Shown here piece by piece: positions 51,543 to 62,720 of a stretch of 64,000 bases of DNA. The notes under the pieces were generated by a model that was not told the DNA's origin, searched no databases, and saw nothing but the letters and a program-made list of their open reading frames with translations. The translations under genes and the position numbers were made by a program. The stretch comes from an uncultured Gemmatimonadales bacterium (GTDB lineage: Bacteria > Gemmatimonadota > Gemmatimonadetes > Gemmatimonadales > Gemmatimonadaceae): NCBI GenBank assembly GCA_963793305.1, contig CAWBZV010000009.1:1-64000 (forward strand), written 5' to 3'. Position 1 is the stretch's first letter; every line of letters begins with the position of its first letter.

Positions 51543-52594
51543 GTGTGGGTGACCCGCGGAGGCAAAAGCACATAGGCGGTCATGCCGACGGCGAGCCGGC
51601 GGTCCTTGTTGTCGACGCGCACCCGAATCTCGAACGTCTTGATGTCGCGCTTGGACCGGCTGACATCACGTTGCGTCGCGAACCCCGCGTCGACGCCGCG
51701 ATAAATAACGACTCCCCGGCGCTCCTCCCCTGACGGAAGCCGGACCATGAGCGAGTCGCCGAGGCGCACGCGATCGATGTACGTCTCTTCAACGTCCCCG
51801 CGGATCCATAGTCCGTCGGGATTGATCAAGGTGACGATCGGCTGCCCCGCCGTGACGACCTCGCCGCTCCGAACGGCCCGAACATCGACAATACCGGCGA
51901 TGGGCGACCGGACCTCTGCATAAGCGAGCCGCACGTCGGCTTTCGCTTGCTGCGCGACCGCCGCGTCGCGCTCTTGTCGCGCCGCGCCGAGCTCGCTGCG
52001 CTTCATCGCGACCTGCTCGGATGCCGCGCGCGCCATCGCCAGGGCGGCGCGCTGAGCCTCGACTTGTTTGTCGGCCGCGTCGGCCCGGGCTTGGGCGACG
52101 TTGTAGGTGTTCTGCTGGGAGTCGAGCTCTTGCTTGGCGACGCCGCCCGTCTTGGCGAGCGCGACATACCGATCGAGCTGAACCTTGGCGTTGGCCAGGT
52201 TGGCCGCCGCTTCGGCTTGCTGGGCGACCGCGGCGGCCAGGAGGGCCTCGGCCTGCGTGATCTGATCGTCCGTCTGCATCTGCTGGAGCCGAAGCGACGC
52301 CTCGCTCTCCTGGACCTTCACCGAGTCCTGGGCGGCGCTGTGTGTGTAGTACGCCTGATCGGCGGCGAGCTCCAATGGGACGAGCTTGGCGACCAGCTGA
52401 TTGGGTGTGACCGAGTCGCCTTGGTTGACGAGCAGTTGGGAGATTTGACCGCCGACCTGAGGGCTCACGATGACGTCGTCAGTCGTCACGACGCCGGTGA
52501 GCACGAGGTCGGTGGATCGCGAGTTGATGACCCACGCAATGATAGCGACGAGGAGGAGCGAGGCAGCCCCGAGCGCGAGACGCTTACGTTTCAT
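51539..52594 (-). CDS. HlyD family periplasmic adaptor
   Basis: N-terminal TM, VSPQVGGQI, coiled coil, VRSPIAG, LAVGM. Confidence 0.92.
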   Translation of the reverse strand: MKRKRLALGAASLLLVAIIAWVINSRSTDLVLTGVVTTDDVIVSPQVGGQISQLLVNQGDSVTPNQLVAKLVPLELAADQAYYTHSAAQDSVKVQESEASLRLQQMQTDDQITQAEALLAAAVAQQAEAAANLANAKVQLDRYVALAKTGGVAKQELDSQQNTYNVAQARADAADKQVEAQRAALAMARAASEQVAMKRSELGAARQERDAAVAQQAKADVRLAYAEVRSPIAGIVDVRAVRSGEVVTAGQPIVTLINPDGLWIRGDVEETYIDRVRLGDSLMVRLPSGEERRGVVIYRGVDAGFATQRDVSRSKRDIKTFEIRVRVDNKDRRLAVGMTAYVLLPPRVTHT

Positions 52595-52677
52595 GGCCTC
52601 AATATAACAAACGACTGTATGAAACGCGAGTTTTACTGTGGCGCTAGCGGTTTCCGTTTGCTATACATCTCATTCGT

Positions 52678-54123
52678 ATGCGGTCACTTGTCCGTATTCA
52701 GCTACTCGCCGCGCTGGTGGGTGCAACGACCGCTCAGGCGCAGCAGTTTGCCTCCGCGGTGGGCGTTGTCGTGGACAGCGTCCACGGTGGGCCGCTCCGC
52801 GGAGCGCTCGTGGTGGTCGAGGGCACCGACGCCGAAGCAACGGTCGATGAGCACGGGCGGTTCCGCATCGATAGTATCCCCCCCGGCGCGCACCAACTCG
52901 GCGTGTTCCATCCGCTGCTGGACTCTCTCGGCGTCGCGGTAGGGACGGGCAAGCTCACGTTCGATAGTGGCTCCGCGACCTCCGTGGTGCTGGCGACGCC
53001 GTCGGTCCCCAGCATCATCGCGCTCTATTGCAGCGAGGACGAGCGCGCCCATGGCGCCGGCGCGATCATTGGGCACGTGATGATCGCGGACAGCGATGAG
53101 CCGGCGACCAATGCGACGGTTCGCTATACCTGGCGGTCGGTCATCCGCGACAAGCCGGTGCTCGAGGCGCACGTGTCTGCCGACGGCGAGTACCGCATCT
53201 GCGGCGTCCCGCTTGGGGCCCGCGGCACGCTACGGGCCGAGCAGGGCGGGCTCGTCACCGGCGACCTGCCGGCCGAGGTGGCGACGAGACCGTTGGCGTT
53301 AGTGGCGCTGCATCTTCCCCGTCCTCGCCAGGCCAACAGCCCGGGCGCGGTCGTCTCGGGTCGCGTGGTCGACGGGCACGGCATACCCGTCACCGGTGTC
53401 GACGTGATCTTCGATTCGTTGACGCGAACACTGACGACGGACAGCGGCGCGTTCACCTTGCGTGGATTGGCGTCAGGTTCACGCGCGGTGCAGTTCCGGA
53501 AGGTCGGGTTCAAGGCCATCGATGTATCCGTCGATTTGTCCATCGCGAAGCCGGCGTCGATGAGCGTGGTCCTCACTCCCGCGCCGCCAGTATTGGCTAC
53601 GGTCGACATCACGGCGACTCGTCAGAAGGCCTTGGATCGCGTCGGATTCACGGGGCGCGAACGATCAGCGGCGGGCGTGTTCCTGACGGCGCGGGATATC
53701 GACCAGCGCAGCCCGGTGACCTTTTCCGATCTGGCACGGACGGTGTCCGGGCTCAAGGTGAGCCTGCGCAATGGACAGAGCGTCGTGACCCAGCCGCTCG
53801 GCGAGTCGTACCGGGGCAATGGGTGTGTCCTCTTCGAGCTGGATGGCGCCGCGTTCAGTGACGAGCCACCGGGCACGATCGACGCGCATATCCAACCAAC
53901 GTCGATTATCGCGATGGAGGTGTATCACCCGGGCGCCGCGCCGCTCCAAATCCTACAGGATGCCACGCCCGGCGATTTCGGCATGCAGCAACCGCCCAAC
54001 AAGACGCAGCAAGCGCAAACGCGTCTGGAGACACCGGGAACGGTGGAGGGCGTGGGGAGCGCCTCGGCCACCTCGTGCACGGTGGTCGTGATCTGGACCA
54101 AGGCGACATCGGGCGGGAATTAA
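52678..54123 (+). CDS. Exported protein: carboxypeptidase-regulatory-like domains + TonB-plug-like domain, no beta-barrel
   Basis: Signal peptide; GVVVDS, GRFRIDS, GRVVD, TTDSGAF; LATVDIT, GFTGRER, IIAMEVY, CTVVVIWTK. Confidence 0.8.
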   Translation: MRSLVRIQLLAALVGATTAQAQQFASAVGVVVDSVHGGPLRGALVVVEGTDAEATVDEHGRFRIDSIPPGAHQLGVFHPLLDSLGVAVGTGKLTFDSGSATSVVLATPSVPSIIALYCSEDERAHGAGAIIGHVMIADSDEPATNATVRYTWRSVIRDKPVLEAHVSADGEYRICGVPLGARGTLRAEQGGLVTGDLPAEVATRPLALVALHLPRPRQANSPGAVVSGRVVDGHGIPVTGVDVIFDSLTRTLTTDSGAFTLRGLASGSRAVQFRKVGFKAIDVSVDLSIAKPASMSVVLTPAPPVLATVDITATRQKALDRVGFTGRERSAAGVFLTARDIDQRSPVTFSDLARTVSGLKVSLRNGQSVVTQPLGESYRGNGCVLFELDGAAFSDEPPGTIDAHIQPTSIIAMEVYHPGAAPLQILQDATPGDFGMQQPPNKTQQAQTRLETPGTVEGVGSASATSCTVVVIWTKATSGGN

Positions 54124-54252
54124 TCGGAGCTTATTAAGCGCGCGCTCATATTACAAACACGCGCACTCGATATGTCGCATTACGGCCGGTGTCTCACAAT
54201 GTGATAACAACCGGCTTGCATCGTGACCCCAACATAGCAAACATTGTGGCCC

Positions 54253-55525
54253 ATGCAGAGCCCGCCAGGTCCCATCACTCGGGGCGAACACCTCGCGTTT
54301 CTCGAGGTGCTCGGGTCCATGCGCGCGAACGACGCGCGGTGGACGCCGACGATGGCGGGCTTTGTCACCGTTCGCCTCGTCGACAAGTGGGCCGAGGCGT
54401 TGCACGGATGGCTGGCCCCGCGGCCGAGTGAAGTCGCGGCGGTGCGCGATGCGATCGACAAGGTCGCGGCCGGCCCGACGCGCAACGCGCTGACCGCGAT
54501 CGTCGATGCGATTACACAGTCCTGGGGGCGCCGACGATCCCAGGTGTCCGCGCGCGTGCTCTCGTATGCGGCCCTCCTGTCGGACGGCCGCGAGTGGGCG
54601 TTGTCGGCCGACATCTATCGGACGTTCCTCTCGCTCGCGTATCGAGACCGAGCGCGATCTCGAGTGCCACGCCTGGCATCGCATCGGCTGGTGCGAGCTG
54701 TGGCTCGGCCACTATCCCGAGGCCGAGACCGCGTTGTCATTGGCGCGCACGCAGTCCGAAGAGCTGGGTGACCGCTACGTGGAGCTCGCCGCCGAGCACG
54801 GACTGGCGCTGCTCGCGCTCCACCGCGGCAACCTTCCGGCCGCCGACGAGCGATTCGCCGCGGTGGTGACCTCGTGCGAGCAGCATCGGGCTCTGGTGCC
54901 GGCGCTGGCGGATGTGCTGGTCCTCGCGCTACACGATCAGGGCGTCGGAGCGATTTATCGTCGCGATTTCGATCGCGCGTTCGTGTTGCTGTCGCGGGCG
55001 TTGGATGAGGCGCGCACGCAGCAGCAGCGCGATCGCGTCCTGCTCGATCTGGCGTTGGGGTTCATGGAGATGGGACTGCTGGACACGGCTCGCCAGGCGT
55101 ACATGATCGTCGAGGTGACCGCGGACGATCCGACGCTGCGCTGGATCGCGTCGCTCAACTTGATGGATCTGGCGACGCGGACCGGCGCCGAGACGGTGTT
55201 CGAGCGTCACCGCCAGGCGGTGTCAAACGAACCGTTGACTCCGCGTCTCGCGGTCAACTACCACATCAATGTCGGCGAGGGGTATCGCCGGTTCGGCCGC
55301 GAACGGCAGGCGCGCCAGGCGTTCGACCGCGCCGTGGTGTTGGCGGAGCGCCACCAGTTGAACCGGGAATTACTGCAGGCCGAGGCCGCGCGAGATGCGG
55401 TTCAGCCACAGGCCACGCCGCAGAAGACGGAGCGAGCCGACGCAATCACGTTGACCGACGCCACGATCCGTGCGCAGCAGGTGATCGAGCACCTGGGCGC
55501 CGAGCTGGCCGGCGCCGGAGTGTGA
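54253..55525 (+). CDS. Tetratricopeptide-repeat protein, +1 frameshift near 54640
   Basis: ORF 54253 (HLAFLEVL, GFVTVRLVD) joins ORF ending 55525; TPR helices HRIGWC..LGHY.EA, GNLPAA, LHDQGV, LLDLAL..MEMG..DTARQAY, GEGYRRFG. Confidence 0.8.
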
Positions 55526-55552
55526 CTCCAGCGCCGCCATTGAGGGGTCGCC

Positions 55553-55726
55553 TCAGCAACCGCCGCTGGTGGCGGCCACGCCGCCGCAGGCGGGATGGAC
55601 CGCGGAAGTGGTCGTGTGGGTGGCCACGTGAGAGGCTGTGGCATCGGCTGGGGCAGTAGCTGAAGTACAGGCAGCGAGTGAAAGAGCAGCAATCGTAGCA
55701 AGCGCGAAGGAAAGACGACGGATCAT
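55553..55726 (-). CDS. Small lipoprotein/peptide precursor (57 aa) with Cys-bracketed C-terminal motif
   Basis: MIRRLSFALATIAALSLAAC-TSATAPADATASHVATHTTTSAVHPA-CGGVAATSGGC; GGAG RBS; lipobox LAAC. Confidence 0.8.
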   Translation of the reverse strand: MIRRLSFALATIAALSLAACTSATAPADATASHVATHTTTSAVHPACGGVAATSGGC

Positions 55727-55745
55727 ACAGGGCTCCAGACAATGG

Positions 55746-55798
55746 GTGAAGGATCTCAACCTTCACTGTGCGACATCGACCAGCCGAGGTCAATGTCG
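55746..55798. promoter_or_regulatory. Two adjacent inverted repeats between the peptide and AraC genes
   Basis: GTGAAGG-N7-CCTTCAC (55746-66); CGACATCGACC-N6-GGTCAATGTCG (55771-98). Confidence 0.5.
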
Positions 55799-55837
55799 TG
55801 CTGGGGCGTCGCGACCGCGTGCGCGGGCGCATTATAA

Positions 55838-56698
55838 ATGCCACATGAGACGCGTTTAAGAATCGTCTCGTTTCTGAGAGAGTTCTTATCCGCGTCGCTG
55901 CGTGTCGCGCTCGGCCCTCGACACGAGTTGCACGCCACGCACTCGGTTGACGAGCTCGACGACACGCTGCGCGTCATGGCCGCCGACATTGCGATCGTCG
56001 ACCCGGAGTTCGCGAGTCAGGCGCTCCTCGAACTGTTAGCGGTTCTCGACAAGCACGTATCAGTGCACGTCGTCAGTTACACGACGGTGTCACCGGCGGC
56101 CATGCGCGCCCAGATGCAGTTCGCGCTGCGCGGGCATCGGCACCTCGTGCTCATGGGATTCGACGACGGGCCGGCGCAGTTCCGCACCTACCTGGAAGAC
56201 CTGCGCGGCGACGCGCTCGGCGAGATTTTGTTGGCGCAGCTCCGCCCCGCGCTGGAGCGCCTGCCGACGCCAGTCTCGCGCGCGATAGAAGAGCTCTTTC
56301 GATCGCCCGCCACGGTCGAGAGCGTTCCAGCGCTCGCCCGGTTAGCCGGCGCACGCCACCGTCGACCCCTGCACGAAGCGTTGGCGCGCGCCGGCTGGCA
56401 GTCCGCCGGGACGCTCATTCGCGCCGCGCGGGTGGTGCGCGCGTACGCCTATCTCACGCAGGGCGACAACCGGGTACGCGACGTAGCCGTCAAGCTGGGT
56501 TACGCGACGTCGCGTGGGTTGGCCAACGAAGTCCGCGCCGTGTCGGGATTGCTGCCCTCGTCGCTCGGCGCCCTCACGCCGCAAGCCTTTCTCGCCCGGG
56601 TCGTCGCGGGCCTCGTGCGGCCGCCCGTCTGGGCGCCTCGGACGCCGGCCAGCAGCCTGCCCCTGGAGCGCGTGGTCCCGGAGCGGTTCGCCGACTGA
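55838..56698 (+). CDS. Receiver-like domain + AraC-type HTH regulator
   Basis: DIAIVDP, VVSYT in N-domain; VPALARLAG, RVVRAYAYL, VRDVAVKLGY in C-domain. Confidence 0.78.
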   Translation: MPHETRLRIVSFLREFLSASLRVALGPRHELHATHSVDELDDTLRVMAADIAIVDPEFASQALLELLAVLDKHVSVHVVSYTTVSPAAMRAQMQFALRGHRHLVLMGFDDGPAQFRTYLEDLRGDALGEILLAQLRPALERLPTPVSRAIEELFRSPATVESVPALARLAGARHRRPLHEALARAGWQSAGTLIRAARVVRAYAYLTQGDNRVRDVAVKLGYATSRGLANEVRAVSGLLPSSLGALTPQAFLARVVAGLVRPPVWAPRTPASSLPLERVVPERFAD

Positions 56699-56722
56699 GG
56701 CCGGTCCACGTATTTTTCCAGT

Positions 56723-58028
56723 ATGACACTCTACGCCAGCCGCATTGCGGCTTTGGGAACCGAAAATGCTTTTCGCGTTGGCGATGACATCGCCCGCGTG
56801 ACGCCGCAGCTTGCCGCGCGCGGCATAAATGTGATCCGACTGAACATTGGCGAGCCGGATTTCGATAGCGCGCCGCACATCAACGATGCGGGATGCGCCG
56901 CGATTCATGCGGGGAAAACCCATTATACCGACCCTCAGGGAATCCCCGGTCTACGCGCCGCGATCGCGGCCCACGTGAAGCGGACCCGCGGCATCGCGGT
57001 CGATCCCGCGCAGGTCATCGTCACGACCGGCGGCAAGCCATCGATCGGCTTCACCATGCAGGCGTATGTCAATCCGGGCGACGAAGTGATCTACCCGAGC
57101 CCGGGGTTTCCTATATACGAGTCGTGGGTGACGTATGTCGGCGCCAAGGCCGTGCCGCTGCCGTTGCGCGAAGATCGAAATTTCATTTTTACCACCGACG
57201 ATCTCGCCGAGCGGATCAGCACGAAGACCAAGGTCATCATCCTCTGCTCGCCGTCTAACCCGACCGGTGGTGTATTCGACAAAGGGGAGCTCGAACAGCT
57301 CGCGAAGTTGATCCGGCGCCGCTGCGGTCCTGAAGTCCGTATTTATTCGGACGAGATCTACGAAGACATCATCTTCGACGGACACACGCACCACAGCATC
57401 GCGTCAGAAGAGGGAATGGCCGAGCGCACGATCATCGCATCGGGCCACTCGAAGGGCTTCGCGATGACGGGTTGGCGACTCGGTTGGGCGGTCTTGCCGA
57501 CGGTCGACGAGGCGCAGGTCTTCAAGCAGCTGACGATCAACACGGTGTCGTGCGTTCCGCCCTTCATCCAAGAGGCGGGCCGCGTTGCGCTCGAGAGTCC
57601 GCTCTCCCCGCCGGTGGTGAAGAACATGGTGACGGCGTTCCAGGACCGGCGCGACAAGGTGGTGGCGGCGTTCAACCGGATCCCGGGGATCCAGTGTCAG
57701 TCGCCGAAGGGTGCGTTTTACCTCTTCCCGAACGTCGGGGGTCTCTGCCGTCGCTTCGGGCTCATTGACGACGAGGGCCGCGCCACGCCCACCGCCGAGC
57801 GTTTCGGTACGCCGGCGCGGGCTCTCCAGGCTTTCCTCCTGGAGCGCTACGGCGTCGCCACCATGGATCGTCACTCGTTCGGCCGCATTGGCGCGGATGG
57901 CCAGCATTTCCTCCGCGTCTCGATCGCCGCGAGCCTGGAGCGCCTTCTGGAGGCAACGGATCGCATTGCGCGCGCGGCGAAGGACACGGAGGGCTTCGCC
58001 GAGTTCGCCACGTCGATTAAATTAGTTC

Positions 58029-58036
<8 letters not shown>
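56723..58036 (+). CDS. Aminotransferase class I/II (aspartate aminotransferase-like)
   Basis: [38 protein letters not shown]. Confidence 0.93.
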
Positions 58037-59217
<1,181 letters not shown>

Positions 59218-59237
<20 letters not shown>

Positions 59238-60400
59238 ACAGCACGGCGAACACGACGAGGATCACCGCCGCGAAGCCGGCGGGAATAAGCCAAATGGTGT
59301 GCCAGTCGTGACCCGTGGGTGTCGTGAACGCCTGCACAATGTTTCCCGATAGCCACCCGCCGATAAACAGCCCGGCGCCTTGGGTGATCAAGGCCAGAAA
59401 CCCCTGCGCCGCTGCCCGTATCTGAATATCGGCTCGCTGGTCGACATAGATCTGCCCGGTCACGAAAAAGAAGTCATAGCAGACGCCGTGCAGCAGGATG
59501 CCGGCGTACAACATCCACACGAGCGGCCCGGTGTTGCCGTATGCGAAGAACGCATATCGCAGCGCCCAGGCGGCCATGCCGATCAAGAGGATGCGCTTGA
59601 CGCCGAGCCGGACGAGGAGCACCGGCAGGAGCAGCATGAAGCCGAGCTCGGACATCTGCCCGAAGCTCATTTTGCTCGCGGGTTCGCTGAGGCCGATCTC
59701 GTTCAGATAGAGGTTCGTGAACGCGTAATAGAACTGCAGCGGGATGCAGAGCAGAAACGACCCGACGATGAACGTGGCGAACGACCGATCGCCCAGCAGC
59801 TTGAGCGCATCGACCCCGAGGAACATCCCGGATGCGAAGCGCCTTGCCGGCCGCGTGCGGCGGCGTGTGCGGCAACAGGAACGAGTAGAGTCCGAGGACG
59901 ATCGATGCGCCCGCCGCGATCTCGAGCGGCACAACGGTGGGCTCCACGTGCAGCCGGCCCACGAGAAGCCCGGCGACGATCCAGCCGATCGTGCCCAGTG
60001 CGCGGACCGCGGGGAACTCTCGCGCCGGCTCTTGCATGTGGTCGAATGACAGGGAGTTGGTGAGCGCCAGCGTCGGCATGTAGCAGAGCGCGTAGGCGAC
60101 GAGCAGCGGGTAGAACGCGCCGAACGTGACGGCGCGCGACGCGGCGTACATCAAGAGCCCGCCGGCAAGATGGAGCACGGCCAGCGCCCGCTCCGTCGCC
60201 AGGAAGCGGTCGGCGATCATCCCGACGAAGAACGGCGAGATCATCGCGGCGAGCGCCGTCGCGCCGTACGCGAGACCGATCTGGGTGCCCGAGAACTTGA
60301 GGGTCTGGCCCAGATACGTGCCCATGGTCACGAACCAGGCGCCCCAGACGAAGTACTGCAAGAACATCATGGCCGAGAGCTTCACGCGGACGTTGCTCAT
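59218..60400 (-). CDS. Nucleoside:H+ symporter (NupG/XapB-like MFS), +1 frameshift near 59821
   Basis: [31 protein letters not shown]; then [23 protein letters not shown]. Confidence 0.92.
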
Positions 60401-60421
60401 GGGGCCATAAGATGCGCCGAA

Positions 60422-61108
60422 TCAGACCAGCCGGGAATCTCTCCGGTCGGTCGCGGCGCGGGTGGGCACAATAGACGCCGGCGTGGTCCGGCTGACGAGG
60501 TGTGGCGCTTGGCGCACGAACGTTTGCTCGACGAGCTGCGACGTGATGAACGCTGCGGCGTCGATGCGCGAGATCGGGCTCGCCCGCACGGGGGCCTCGA
60601 GGACAGCGGCGTACGAGCCGGTATGCGGTCCGGCGGTCAGGCGCGCCGGACGCACGATGGTCCAGTCGAGCGGGCTCTCGCGCACGGCGGCCTCGCGCTC
60701 GCGGGCGTCGCGGCGGGCCCCGTGGCCAAGCACGGACCGGAAAAATCCGCCGGCCCCCTGGGCGTCGTGCTCATGGAGCGCCGCGTCGCTCACGTAGATG
60801 AGCCGCGCGGTGCCCGCATGCGTCATCGCGCGGATCACGACGCGGGTCCCGTAGAGCAACGGCACGGGCGAGCGATCCGCGGTTGGCCGGTTGGCGACGG
60901 CCCAGATGACCGCGTCCTGATCGTGCATCGCACGGTCGACGGCGCGCGCATCGTGCACGCTGCCGCCGAAGATCCGAATGGCAGGATCACCGGTAAGCAG
61001 TGGAGCGGGATGCCGGGTGTATGCGGTAACCGTGCAGTCGGCCGCGAGCGCTCTGGTCAGGAGCGCGCGGCCGAGGCGCCCGGAGGCGCCAAGGACGAGC
61101 ACTTTCAT
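60422..61108 (-). CDS. NAD(P)H-binding oxidoreductase (flavin reductase-like)
   Basis: VLGASGRLG, LDWTIVRPARL, ISRIDAA. Confidence 0.88.
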   Translation of the reverse strand: MKVLVLGASGRLGRALLTRALAADCTVTAYTRHPAPLLTGDPAIRIFGGSVHDARAVDRAMHDQDAVIWAVANRPTADRSPVPLLYGTRVVIRAMTHAGTARLIYVSDAALHEHDAQGAGGFFRSVLGHGARRDAREREAAVRESPLDWTIVRPARLTAGPHTGSYAAVLEAPVRASPISRIDAAAFITSQLVEQTFVRQAPHLVSRTTPASIVPTRAATDRRDSRLV

Positions 61109-61157
61109 TGGATCAAGAGTGGCACGCAGGACAACGTGCCACCCGGTCAGCCGAGTA

Positions 61158-61424
61158 TCAACTCTGTTTCAGCTCAACTGTTCGATCGAGCGCGCCTTCC
61201 AGATAGACGCGCGTGAGCCCGCCGGCCCAATACGAGACATCTGTTCGGTTGGGTTGGATCGTCTCGCGCGCCGACGTGAGGACGGGGCCGCCGTCGTCTG
61301 GCTCAAATTCCAGCCACGCCTCCCAGCGGCCAATGTCGTCTTCCTTGCCGCAAACACGCGGGTAATACGCCACGCCGTCGCGCGAGACGATCGACTCGTT
61401 GAATCGAACAAACACCTCGGCCAT
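61158..61424 (-). CDS. Conserved hypothetical protein
   Basis: GRWEAWLEF, RETIQPNR, YWAGGLTRVYLEGALDR. Confidence 0.7.
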   Translation of the reverse strand: MAEVFVRFNESIVSRDGVAYYPRVCGKEDDIGRWEAWLEFEPDDGGPVLTSARETIQPNRTDVSYWAGGLTRVYLEGALDRTVELKQS

Positions 61425-61457
61425 CGGGAGAGGAGACTCGCAACCCCCGCGCCATCC

Positions 61458-62168
61458 CTAGAAAGAAACCTGGAGATCCGACGTAAAGAGCCGATCTGTG
61501 GTGCGAAATCCCGGTGGCGGCAGGTTCGCGTAGTGGATGGCGTAGCCGATCTTGATCGCGAAGTGCCTCGAGAGCGGAGCGACCAGATCCGTCTCGGAGT
61601 TGATGCGGAAATCCTTCTCGTGCTCGAGATCCGGCAGGCCTTCAACGAATTGTTGAAAGTAGGCGTCCTTGGCGAAAGCAAACTTGTACGTGATCGCTCC
61701 ACGCGCGTCGGCGTGCTGATCCATCGAGTCCGGCAGCAGCTTCTGCTCGGTGTACGCGAAACCAGCGTCGAGCTCGAGCGAATGCCGTTTCGGGAGGATC
61801 GGCGTGAACGCGAAGCCGCCGCCTTCCTGGAAGTCGTAGTCGATGCCGGCGAACGTGTTGCGCGCGAACCCCGCCAGCGCGTAGAGGCCGACGGTCTTGG
61901 TGAACGAGTACTGGTCGCGGACGCCAGCCGTCCAGATGTTGGTCTGCACGACGTTCTTGTTCTGCCCGTACACGACCGTAAAGGTTTGATCGATCCGATT
62001 GACGGGACTCGTTCGGAGCGTCAACTGATCCGCGAAGTTGATGGTCGACACCTGCGTATTGCCAGATGTGGCCACGTAGCCCAGGTCGCCGTGAAACACG
62101 ACGAAATGGGTCGTATCCTGCGCCGTGATGGCGGTGGGGATCAGGACGAGGAGGGCGAGTGCTCTCAC
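61458..62168 (-). CDS. DUF481/YdiY family outer-membrane beta-barrel
   Basis: GTG with GTGA overlap; signal peptide; LGYVATSGNT; C-terminal LQVSF. Confidence 0.82.
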   Translation of the reverse strand: MRALALLVLIPTAITAQDTTHFVVFHGDLGYVATSGNTQVSTINFADQLTLRTSPVNRIDQTFTVVYGQNKNVVQTNIWTAGVRDQYSFTKTVGLYALAGFARNTFAGIDYDFQEGGGFAFTPILPKRHSLELDAGFAYTEQKLLPDSMDQHADARGAITYKFAFAKDAYFQQFVEGLPDLEHEKDFRINSETDLVAPLSRHFAIKIGYAIHYANLPPPGFRTTDRLFTSDLQVSF

Positions 62169-62680
62169 AGGGCTTTCACCATCAGGTAGTCGGTTTGCAT
62201 TTCGTTGCCGAGTCGAAAGGGAATGAGACCTGCATCGGTAAACCCGATTTTTCGATAGAACGCGATAGCCCGGGGATTCTGATCCCACACCGTGAGCCAT
62301 ACGGTTCTGGCGCCACGCTCGGCCGCGGCTGCGCAGGTTGCGGTCATGAGGCGCTGGGCGACGCCAAGACCGTGCCACGCGCGGTCGACGTAAAAGCGTT
62401 TGATTTCGAGCGCGTGAGCGTCACCGACGGCGGGCGGGACGATCTCGTGTGTCACTTGGGCGTACCCAATCAGGTCCAGCGCTTGCGCGACGAGGATGTA
62501 CCCGCTCGGGTCTTCGATCTCCGCGCGCTGCACCTCCGGGGAAAACGCGCTGGCCAGGTGCATGGCCATGTTCTCCGCGGTATTGAACGCCGCGTAGGTC
62601 TCCCGAAAGGTCTTGGCGCCGAGCGTCGCCAGCGCTGCCGCGTCGTCCGCGACGGCGTATCGGATGGTCGCCTCGAGCAT
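62165..62680 (-). CDS. GNAT N-acetyltransferase (PaiA-like)
   Basis: TFRETY, EIKRFYV, HGLGVAQRLM, WLTVWDQNPRAIAFYRKIGF. Confidence 0.9.
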   Translation of the reverse strand: MLEATIRYAVADDAAALATLGAKTFRETYAAFNTAENMAMHLASAFSPEVQRAEIEDPSGYILVAQALDLIGYAQVTHEIVPPAVGDAHALEIKRFYVDRAWHGLGVAQRLMTATCAAAAERGARTVWLTVWDQNPRAIAFYRKIGFTDAGLIPFRLGNEMQTDYLMVKAL

Positions 62681-62720
62681 GGGCTCGAAACTACGTCCGG
62701 TGGCGGTTCGTCTGCAGGGT

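Noticed and set aside
52608..52634. AAACG-N3-GTWT repeats upstream of the HlyD operon
   Set aside because: Plausible TetR operator but degenerate; an ordinary efflux-operon feature
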